Assembly (NCBI GenBank): GCA_018398765.1
Contig: JAHBMJ010000034.1
Location: 1-58,947, forward strand
From: Chromera velia
Lineage: Eukaryota
Direction of reading: 5' to 3'
DNA: 58,947 nucleotides
Positions within the stretch are counted from its first letter, which is position 1. The number at the start of each line of letters is the position of its first letter. The position numbers and the translations under genes are program-made. Shown here piece after piece: positions 34,141 through 58,947 of this stretch. The notes beneath the pieces are model-generated. The model was given only the letters and a program-made list of their open reading frames with translations, ran no database searches and was not told where the DNA came from.

Positions 34141-35832
34141 AATTGCCCAAACTTGGCTAGAGACTCGATCGGCTAAATTATTTACAAACCTTTATATTCT
34201 CTAGTATATTCTTTACTTATTTCAACTTGAATATTGTGCTAGATAGTGTGTTGTGAGTGAGTGAGTGAGTGAATGAATGAAAGGTTGGCTTTGCTAGGGT
34301 GGAGCCGTGCTCCCGGATGGAGCCGTACTCCCGGCAGCCCATGTATCAGAATGGCATGATACTGATCCATCGTTTCAGGCTGATTCGTAGGCCAATGCCA
34401 GTAGCTTGCTGCCGTTGATTCTATGGCCTGACGCATTCGTTTGATTCCATCCATACATTCATTGACTTCACAACATGGAATTTGCGCATCACCACCTACA
34501 TATATACACATGCGCGCGAAGATGAAACAATCGAATCGAAAGGACGAGGAGAAAAGAGAGTGACCACGCCTGCATGAGACAAAACAATCGACATGCATTT
34601 GAGGAAACAGAAAGAGGCAGAGCTAGAAGCAGAGCTGCATGAAGGACGCTTGAGACCCAACTCCTTTGGTTGGGGTCTGCAAGCAACTGCCTGGCTCTTT
34701 GCTGGATGGCTGCGACGACTCTTAGAGTGCTGTATTACCCCCCTGTCGCATTGTTCATGTCTCTACGTCCAAGAACAAAGACACGCTCTTCAATGCCAGC
34801 TGCGGTTTTTTCCCTTGGAATACCCGCTCGCCTGTGCGCTCTTCATTTTCAGATTCCCGACTTCCCTCTCAGTTTATTCAGGTGAGCATGCATGTGGGCG
34901 CATCTCTGTCTGCATTGGCATTGCTGTATGCTTCGCTCCACTCCTCTCCTTCTGATTGAGAAGAGAAGTGCAGCTGCTTCCAAAGCAAATGAAAGGATTC
35001 AACACAGACCAAAAAACAAACAACAGCCAAACAGACCAAGCCTGCCGCAAAGAGACCCAACGGCATCCAACCAAAGAACTCAAGTGCACTTGTGCTGCGC
35101 TCTCTTGCACTTTGTCACCCACGCACACAACACAAAAAGAAGGCGGGAGAGGTTCAAGTCAAATCAAAGGAGAGTGACCAAGAATCAGAAAAGAGAAAGA
35201 GAAGGGGAGAGGGGGAGAGAGGAAAGGAGGCGGGCATGAAACAATGAGGGGAGGAGAGACGAGAAAGAGAAAACTGCAAACAGACCAGCAGGACTGAACT
35301 TCAAACAGACAAGAGACACGGGAATTCTCCATGACTTCCCTCCATCAGCCCTCCATTCTCTCACTGAGAATCTTTTCATGTGGACGGATCCATCGGTATG
35401 GGCTGTGAAGGAGAGCATTCGCATTAGTCCTCCCTTCTTCAACTGAACAATCCCAGCATGATCGAGGCTCAACAAACAACCGCGAAGCCCCTCCCTCGCT
35501 CCTCATGCCCTCACCCAATACATTCTGCCCTCTGTCCTCTCCCTTTCCCTCCCATCTCAAATTAGGGTAAGACAACTCAAAGCCCTCGGCTCTCTCCAAC
35601 AAAACAAACAGACAAGCGGGCGGGCATCACGTCCCATCAAGTGCCCGCACGGGCGTTGTTGCACCCCGGCCCCCCACGAACCCCTCCCCCTTACCAAAAA
35701 CAGAACTGCAGGCTGCCCTGAAGGTCATCTTGACCTTCCTGCACTTTCTCTCGATCTCTCTTCTTCACTTTGCTTCTCTCCTTCTTCCCACACTCACAAT
35801 GAGAGCAAGGCACTCACTTGTCTCACCACACT

Positions 35833-48703
<12,871 letters not shown>

Positions 48704-49396
48704 CGTCTTGATCTCTCTCAGAAGGCAGTTCGAAGGATCTGAAGATGTGAAGTCGCAAATGCTGAAGCTCTCAAACGACAAGTCTGTGCACCTACACACG
48801 TGGACCTGCTCCTGACTTCTTCAGTTCCGAGAAGCGCGAAATTGTGATGGTCACGTCAGATGGTGAAGTGCAGGAAGAGGGTGAAAGTTGCGCGTTCATC
48901 TTCCCAGATCTTCCCAGCCGTCTCGTCAAATCCCGTCTTGCGGAAGGACGCGCTGTGTCAGCTAGAAAGGCGCATGCGGCCGCGGGTCAAGCGGGAATAT
49001 TGCAAACTCCGTGCGACCGTCGGAATCGCGCTCATTTGTGGTCCCATCTTTCTGTAAGAGCCCCACCTGGCAGCTGGTATATATATTGCCGGGGGCTTCA
49101 TGGATGCGCCAAACTGTGTGTGGTTGAGAGTGGGACCGACCCTGGTTCAATTAGAAGATGATGGAAGATGGGGAATATTGCGGAATGCTGTGCAGGATCG
49201 TGCAGGTCAACTGGTTGATTCAGAAGCAGGAGGATATGGCGATTAGACCTTTGTGTTGCGTATAGTGAAGCTGTAGACGATTGACTTATGTGTTTTCCAA
49301 GTGTTGTTCATCTCGTCTCCTCCCGTCTCTATATTCTTCTGTCCCTTTGTGCGACCTGTAGTCGACTCGGGGTTGTGAGTCCGTTGGGCCAGAAGG

Positions 49397-52300
49397 ATGC
49401 GATCCTCCGCAGAACGGAGGTGCTCTCTTCGTTCAGCATTGCTTCTTTTCTGGTTCCCTTTCTTGTCCTCCGCTTTTTCCTTTTTCACGTACCCTTTCGG
49501 AACCAAATCGAGAAGGTCGAGGGACCCCTCCAGTCTTCATCTCTTGCTCGACCGGCCCGCTGCACTTGGACTCCTCGCGCATGAATGCGAAAGGTTAGTA
49601 GCTCGGGCTGCGTACTTGAAATCTGCCCAGAGAGGCTCAAGATATTATACCCCACTTTCCGTTTGTTTCTCATTTTCGTCACTCGTTCTATCCGCAGGCG
49701 GACGGAGCAGAGGGGCAACGCGCCGAGGAGTCGAAAGCGAAATGCATGGACGAAGGGCCAGGGCCCCCCTAAAACGGACGGCCGCCCCACTGTGAAGACA
49801 GCTGAAGAACTCTCACAGATATATAACGTTTCTATGCCCCGGTCCACGGAACGGGGAAGGCCGGAGTCTTTGAGGGGGGGGGGAAGCGAGTATCAGAGAC
49901 GGGATCTAGCGGGGCAGGTGAGCACGCGGGCGAGCAACAGAACAGGAAACTACTTTAAGAGCCTCAGACAGATCACACCAGATTCCCCCCCCCGTGGCAT
50001 ACCACCAGAGCAACGGAAAAAGCCCATCCCCTCCCCCCGTGCGAAATATCCCAAGCGCAGGGAATTGAAGGGGATGGAGAAACTAAAACTGGAACTTCCC
50101 AAAGAGGCACAGCAACTAGATAGTTTTCCTTCTGCCAGTGTCTCGTCTCTCGTGTCAGTGCTGGAGACTGCCGCGGCGTCGGGCAATCTCACGGCAGCTG
50201 CGCATTACATTTGGGAGGAGGGAAAAGGGGGGTTTGTGGGGAGCAGGGCAAAGTGGCGCAAGGCGAAAGTGCAGATGAGATCCGATATTGACGCTATCGC
50301 TATGCTGGCGCCTGGAAGGAAGGGTGCGCAGCTTGCATTGACCCTCTGGAGGGTCCTTTGCTGTGATGCTGCCGCGGAAGTCGGTCTGCGTCCCGCTGAG
50401 TCTGTTGCAGACGGCGCGATTCGATCGTGTATCAACGATCCGGCAGATCCTCTATGGAAGGAGGGGTTGGAGGTCTGGAGAGAGGCGCGGGGTGAGGGGC
50501 TTAGACTTGGGGTAAGCACCTGCGTTGCCTTACTAAAGGCGTTGAAGAATGCAAAGGGCGGTGGACGAGTGTCAGAAGCAGAGGCGGTTTTTGAGGAGAT
50601 GCGAAATATGTCCATGATCCGGGGGCCAGGGGGGGGGGCTGCGTACACTATCATGATTCGTATGTACCGTACAGTTGGTGATTGTGAGAAAGCGGAGGGA
50701 GCGTACCGACAGATGATAGAGGATGGGGTCCCTCCAAATGCGGCAGCTTTTAATATGCTGTTGAGGAGTTTTGTAGAGGGGGGGCGGTTACAGGATGTGT
50801 TTCGAATATTCAAGGAGATGAGAAAAATCGGTGTGCAGATCAAAGAAAGCCATTATTATGCTGTGAAAAGAGCAGCAGAGATGTCCAGTCGCCCGGGTAT
50901 GTCGAGTGTCCTGTTTGGTCTTTGGAAGGAGATGAGGTCAGCAAACATCGTTCCACGACGCACTTGGTATACGAGTGTGATTAACTCGCTATCCAAGGCG
51001 GAGGGTCCGTCTCGGCATCAGGAAGCGATGTTTGTTTTCAGAGACATGATTGCGAACAAGATCGAGCCGAATGTGGTCACGTACAACTGTCTGATCCCTT
51101 CGGTTGTTGCGGGACTTCGGTCACGTGACAGGTCGGGATGGCAGCACGCCCAGCTTCTGCTGTCCGACATGCAGAGTCGGGGAATTCCTCCTTCTTCCCG
51201 GACGTTTTCCGTTCTGTTCAATGTGCTTTACGCTGCAGATAAGCAGGTAAAAGGGAGGCAGGATAAGGCGTATCAGATATACGAGCAGGCGAAGAAGAAC
51301 GCCACCGTCATAGAGACCTGGGGCACCATTACTTTGAACTCTCTGCTAGTCTGTATGAAAGGATCTCGGGGGGTTCCCAGTCGTTTCGACGTCGCGACGG
51401 AAGTCTACGAGCTCATGAAAAACGGCTCCGAGATCCAGAAACCGAACTGTGTGACGTACAGCCTGATGATGAAACTCGCTGCACAGTCAGGAAACGAGAC
51501 GGATGCAGCGCAAGTGTTGTCTTTCTTTGAAGAGATGAAGAAGGATGGTATCACCCCTGACATGAACTCATACATCAATTTGATGTCTACACAGGTTGGG
51601 ACCGGCGTGTTGAAATTGTTGAAAGAGATGAAGGAGACGGGGGTGCAACCGAGTTTGAAAGTGTACAACACTGCCATTTGGGCCCTTTCGGATGGTCAAG
51701 TTCAATCGAGTGACGCCGATGCTGCTGTAACCATCATGCGAATGATCAAGCACGATGGGATGCACCCGTCTACTTTGACCTACAATGGCATGATCAAAAT
51801 GTTCTTGAAGGCCAAACGCCCCGATGAAGCGTGGTCGTTGTTTGAGGAGATGAGAGAGGAGGGGAGGGTACAGATGACGGCCGAAACGTTCAAATTTGCC
51901 ACCGCGGCATTTATAAGGAAATCCGATGCCAATAGCTCCTCCTGGAGGGGTGCACTGCAGCTTCTTGAATCCTATCGAGCTGCAGAGATGGCTGTTGACC
52001 CGATACAGAGGCAGACGAGCACGTATATTTACGACAGGGTTTTGGAGGCAATGTCGAAAGGGTTAAATGAGTTCGGGGTTGTCCCCTGGGAGAGGGCAAT
52101 GGCTTTGTTTAACGAGATGGAATCTTCTGGTATTCGTGTGTCTCCCGTCTCCTTTTCCTTTGTGACATACGCAGTCGCCAGAGCTCCGGGGGGAAGTCAA
52201 TGGCGTCGTGCTGTGTCGTTCTTGAATGAAATGTCTCGACGAAAATTCCAGCCTTTCGATTTTGTGGTGGATGGGTTGATGGCTTCTGCTTTGGAAGCGG

Positions 52301-52611
52301 GTGGGGATGCTTTGTTTGAGGTAGTTGATGTTTTGGAGAAAGTAGAAAAGTTGGGGATGCGGGCGTCTGAGAAGAAGGACGGGAAGATGAGTGTATGCTT
52401 GGACCCTGTGCTGAGTTCGAAACTTCTTGTACAGCTTTGTGGGAAGGGAGGAGGGGAAGAGACGCAGTCAAGCGCAGGTGCCAGTCACCGTACGATCGCG
52501 CAGCGTTTTTTGGTGTTGCTAGAGAAATGGATAGTGCCTCTGACGACAGAGGGGAGCAGAGCGGTTTCTCGATTTGGACTTGTGAGTCAGCAGAAGGGGT
52601 CCGATGCATAG
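49397..52611 (+). CDS. Pentatricopeptide repeat (PPR) protein; predicted exon 1 49397-49593, intron 49594-49697, exon 2 49698-52611
   Basis: Many ~35-aa units such as AYTIMIRMYRTVGDCEKAEGAYRQMIEDGVPPNAAAFNMLL, IEPNVVTYNCLI, PNCVTYSLMM, PSTLTYNGMIKMFLKAKRPDEAWSLFEEM. AG|GTTAGT...CCGCAG|G joins the frames in phase. Confidence 0.9.
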
Positions 52612-53517
52612 ATGTGTCAGAAGTCTCTTGAAAGTTGAAAGAAAGGACTCCTTTGATTTGTCGTCCGTCTATAGTATTTTAAGCATGATTTAATTCATGC
52701 GTAAAGCCGTGCATGGGAAGCCAGCTTTAAAATCTTGATTGATGAACGTAACTGCTATACAGCGTAGGCCCTGCCTCTAGCCCTGCATTCAAATTGATTC
52801 AAAAAATAAATTTGGGCTGATAGTGATAGTGATTTAATTGGGATGCATTTGAGATCCGTTCCTAGCATGTCTTGTACGAAATAGATTTCTAGATAGATTT
52901 AAATTTTCAAACTTTTGAAACACATCATCTAGCACATCATTTAAACATCATCTGATACCTACTCACTGGCAGGCTAGTCTAGTGATTAGTACCTAGTCTG
53001 TTATAAATACTAGGAGCAACGCCTAGTCAAACGTACGTTAAATAATTGATATTGGCCAGAGTCTATACGACTTACCGGCTTTAACCCCATACATCATCAA
53101 CATCATCATCATCATCATCACTATCCTAGATACTATTAAAACATAAAAATTACAATGACGTTCATCATAATAGCATATTTTGTTATTCAACTACAGCTAC
53201 AGCCTCAGCGATGAAACTTTTATATACCAAAATTTCACTTTAATAGAGTTTTGCCTAGAGTGTTACTTGTGAATATATATATTTACAATTAATTAAAAGA
53301 TTATTTTGAATATTATTACTATAAGGCGATGTGAGGGACAAAATTAAAAATTCAAGGGAATGTCTTGACTTACAACCTCAATTTATACCTAGACTGCAGC
53401 CTATATACTAAATAGACTTATACGTCTCATTTCACCATGCACACACAAGAAATTGTTAAGAATGTCGGTTTTCTTTTTTTTATCCAAGCTTTTCAAATGT
53501 AAACGGGTTAGTTGTGT

Positions 53518-56500
53518 TTAGTTGTGTTCTTCTTCCACAATTGGATGACAATATGGTCTGTGCGCCCTCCAATGTTTTGTTTGACACTCTTTTAAGCAGT
53601 ATTTTACCGCCAGACACCTCATACATCTCTTTAAAGTTCTATCAAGTTGCTGATCTGGAACACCGCAAGAAGCACAACTCTCTTCTTCTTCCTCTTCCTC
53701 TTCCTCTTGCTCTTGCTCTCCCTCTTCCTCTTCCTCTTCTTCTTCCTCTTCCTCCTCCTCCTCCTCCTCCTCTTCCTCTTCCTCTTCCTCTTCCTCTTCC
53801 TCTTCCTCCTCTTCCTCCTCTTCCTCCTCTTCCTCCTCTTCCTCCTCTTCCTCCTCTTCCTCCTGTTCCTCCTCTTCCTCTTCTTCCTCTTCACTCGCAC
53901 TACTGCCTTCCATTTCTCTCACAGATGAACTCGCATTTGTGCCCTCTTCGGAGAGACTCCCACTCTCTCTGTCTTCCTTTTTCGCCGCATAAACAAAAAT
54001 TTTAAAAGACTTCAACCGAGAAACCCAGCAGAAAATTGAGAAGCGACTCCGGGCAGAAGAATCTTCCGAGATCGTCGTACAAGTCGGTCTCCTCTCTTCC
54101 TCTTCTTCCTTCTTTTCGTCCTCCTCCTCGGTGCTTCCGGAGTCCAAAAGGGGTGATCCTGTTGTTGAAGGAACTGACTGTGACTGTGCCTGTTGGGCTG
54201 CTTCTCGTTTTTTTGCCTTTTGCCGCTCTCTGCTCAGCTGGCTCCGTGTCTGAGCCACCTCCTGTATTGCTCTCCTCCCCGCAGCTGCTGCTGCCTCTGC
54301 CCTCCTCCACCGTCGAAGGAGCACACAAGACACATGCCACAGAAACCAACAACCCAGAAAACAAATGAGGAGGCAGAAAAGCACATCTGTCCAGTACCAT
54401 CGACGTTTCTTCACAACTTCTGACAAAACGTTCACTCGTGCACGCACAATTGCTTCGTCGGACGGTCCCAAAAAGCCCTTCTCGCGCGTCAGCTGCACAC
54501 ATGCAACCACGCAATGCAGGAAGTAAGTCCGACGTCCAGCAATTAAAAAAAAAAAAAACCTTGGAAGAAGGCCATCAGAAAGACCTTCTGGATCACTTCC
54601 CGACTTTGCACAAATGGAAGAAAGGGAACCCAGGCCATTGACAGGATTGCACCCCCCTGCCGTAACGGCTATTCACTGTGCATGGACGTGATTCAATGCC
54701 GGCATTACTTTCGACTCTCCCTACTACCGACTGACGTTACCCTTCCGGATAAATTCGCCCCATCCGAAAGTATCGCGCTTTTTCCGAAAAGTGAATCTGT
54801 CCCATCTCTCTACCGACAACCTGCAAAACAACACATTCGCACCATCAGCCTCAGACCAAAGAAAATCTTCCATGTATGCAAGTGGGATCAGAAACCTTCA
54901 TCGGGCTGAGTGGGAATTCTCCAATATACCAAAAAGTATCTCCTAATTGCCTGTGCAGACCTTTACCCTGCCCCTCAATCTGGACTTGTTGAGTCGATTC
55001 AGCTGGAATTGATTGACGATCGAAGCATTTGTCTTGACGCGATAAAAAGAGGAGCGAACCAAAACAATACAAAAACACTCCCACTCCCTTTGCTCTCGCG
55101 TCTCTCACTCACCCACTTACAACACGGCACTCACCCTTCGTCGTTGAAGTTTACAAGTTCAATCTGATATTCGGTCTCGACTTCCCAGCGGACCCATCTT
55201 TTGGGAACTTTTGCTTCTAGGAAGACGGTCATTGCGCCTGCGTCCTCTTTCACTTCCCCCGATGGGTAGATGAGCAAGCTGAAGTCGACGTTTCCTCCCA
55301 CACGCTTTGTCTGACAATAAATAGGGAACGCAGATAGATACATGAATGGAAAATTAATGGAATCCGAGTGTGAATCAATCACGAGAGGGGGTCACTTTCT
55401 TGTACTTCCTTGGTGCTTGGTTTGGAATTTCAGACTTAGTCTCTCCTGCCCTTACGCTGCCGGCTCTTTGACTGTGGGCTTTTCTCAAACAGACTCCTTC
55501 CTTGATTGGAAAGGGAAGGAAGAAAAGGCAACTAAACAGAGCGTTCTGCAAGGCGACTTCGTTACTGCTACATCGATTTGTTCCCTCCAAAAGTGCCTCC
55601 ACTACCTCACTTGGTCTAGCGGCCTGTGGTGGAATTTGGGCCCTCCATTTTTATTTCTTTCTCAGACTTTCTTCGTTGAGTCGCATAGTCACTTATCTAG
55701 TCACTCCCTTGCGCGTATCTCCTATGCTCCCATCACAAGCTCCCTGACGCACGCACACAAACACTCAATGCAAAGCGTTGCCTCCGGGAACTGACTGGAC
55801 TCTTGACGTAGTGGCCCATTGGCATGGATGCAAAGTTGTAAGGGAAATCCTCCAGGACGAACTCAATCTGCGTATGTGGATGCAATTGTAGAGGCGTGAA
55901 GAAGCAGACAAGCAGGCAGGGAGGCGGAGAGACAAAGAAACATTCAGGCTGATAGACAGAGAGATACCTTTTTGCGGACGTCTTTTGTTTCCCTCTTCTC
56001 AATCCCCACTGTCTAGCTCCTTTTTTGTTTCATTTTTTTCCTTCTCTATGTCTCTTTCTTCTTGCTTTAAGAACGAACTGACTGACTGACTGACTGACTG
56101 ACTAACTGACTGACTGACATGTCAGCGAGCCAGACGGCCTTCAAACCGTACGTCTTCTGACTGACTTCCAGAACGTATCATATCATACCTCCCTCCCCAC
56201 CTCACCTCATGGGCTGATTCAAATTTGGGGGGAATCTTCTTATCCGTTTTTTTGTTCTTCTTCCGGATCTTCAGCTCGCTTCCGTCTTCCGGTGTCTCTA
56301 CGTTCTCAGGAGGAAACTCTTCTGAAATGACTTGCACCTCCGCTCGCAAGGTCAGCTCATTCGACGGCCCCAGAAAGCCCTGTGCGCGCGTCAACTGCAG
56401 ACTCGGTGCGTCAGTCAAGCAGACAAGGTAAGCCCGAGTGGGGGTAAGAAAGTGTGATACTCAAAGCGAAAAGAAAAAGAGACGACAGGGTTTGCGTTCG

Positions 56501-57619
56501 ACGCTTTCCAGGTCGCCCACTTCCTACTGAAAGTATTTGACAGAAAGAATGGATGACTGTTTCCTCCCCTCTAGCTCTCACGGAACCCGCCAGGAATGAC
56601 TCTTGAAGGTTCCCGATGACTCTTGCGTGTGACAGCTGACCTCGTCGAGAGTTATCATGTCAGGCCATCCTCGGTCGAGGTTGGTTTCGTTGAAAATAAA
56701 GTTGTCGCCCTTTTTTACTGTATAACTGCATTCGATGAAACATGTACAGAAAAATCTGCGTTGCAATACGTTCTGAAGCAAAAATTCGCCACGATGAACG
56801 CTACGCAGTCTTAATTTTTCAATTGCAGGCAAATACCTAAAGCTGCAGGAATGAATATGACCAGGCTTAATTGTGGCAATCTCCAGTACGTGCTGTGAAA
56901 AAAGAAAGGAAGTGCAGACACACATACAGAAAGGACAAAGATGAGAAAGAGAGAAGGATTCATCTGATGGAAAGTGCGCGCAGCGATCTTTCCCCCCCTC
57001 TCGTCCATCCGCAGAGACAGAGATCCAACCAGCCAGCAACCGACCCTTCGTATTTATGGTTCTGAACGATGATCCGATATGATACATCAACGTCCCATTT
57101 CTTCACCGTGAGGTTCTGAGGTAATACCTCAAGGAAGACAGACATTGCATCTTATGCTCTTTGATGGTCAGTGCCTGAAGGAAAGACCAGAAGGTTGAAC
57201 TCGAAATTTCCAACAAGTGTCGCCTGCAAGGAGCCAATTATCCACATCCAGGGAGAGATGAGATGAGAGAGAGAGAACCGACGAAGCTGCATTCTTGTTC
57301 TCACTGCTTCTTGAAGAAAAGTAGCAGAAAGGAGTGAACGGTTGTTGCATACGAATTCTGTCCGAACCACTCAGCCTGTCTTCGTGATTGTGAAGCCATG
57401 CAGTCTCTCTTGCCGAATGTCCTGGTAGATGTGCCCTTACTGCGCGTCTTCTTTCAGGAACACGCACGCACGTTGAGCGCCTTCAAGCACAACCTCTTGA
57501 CGTAGCCACACATCCGGCAAGATACCTTCCTGTCACTTCACTGACCAGACTGCGGACAGACCGTCCCTTCGGCATGGGGGCATACTTTGAGGGAAAGTCC
57601 GCCATCACGAACTCGATCT
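53518..57619 (-). CDS. Multi-exon protein: two MATH/TRAF-like domains, TM helix, poly-Glu tract and C-terminal MYND zinc finger (5' end not found; one in-frame TAA at 57152)
   Basis: MYND: CASCG...LKRCMRCLAVKYCLKECQTKHWRAHRPYC. MATH1: IEFVMADFP / FEFNLLVFPSG..AMSVFLEV / FIFNETNLDRGWPDMI / GFLGPSNELTLRAEV. MATH2: IEFVLEDFP / FSLLIYPSG..AMTVFLEA / FTFRKKRDTFGWGEFI / GFLGPSDEAIVRARV. TM: VLFCLLICFLGCWFLWHVSCVLL. Confidence 0.82.
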
Positions 57620-57754
57620 GCAAAAGTTGATGTACAGAGAGAGATACCGTATGGGACCATCAAGCTTCATGGATGGATGTAGTACTCAATGTGGACGATT
57701 TCGAAGAGACACAAAGACACAGACAAGGAGTTTTTGAAGTGTCCTAGATAGACG

Positions 57755-58947
<1,193 letters not shown>

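Overview
This is eukaryotic nuclear DNA: GT-AG introns, microsatellite-rich introns and AT-rich intergenic blocks full of transposons. The style suggests a chromerid alveolate such as Chromera velia, but that is inference. Protein genes are an ankyrin-repeat protein, a Cys/His-repeat protein, a TM/U-box protein, a many-exon ABCC/MRP transporter, a PPR protein with a probable plastid-targeting first exon, and a MATH-MATH-TM-polyGlu-MYND protein. Mobile elements are an internally deleted Helitron, three non-autonomous LTR-like elements, three TIR elements with 8-bp target-site duplications (two in nested arrangements) and a fold-back element. The most notable feature is a ~9 kb + strand locus (21451-30449) with three diadenylate-cyclase-fold (DAC/DisA_N, DacZ-like) domains, normally a prokaryotic c-di-AMP synthase fold. 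The last domain appears spliced to four ~140-aa helical repeats. The DGA motif is kept (DGV in one copy), the RHR motif is altered in all three, and several in-frame stops suggest partial decay. All assignments come from reading motifs by eye; no searches were run.
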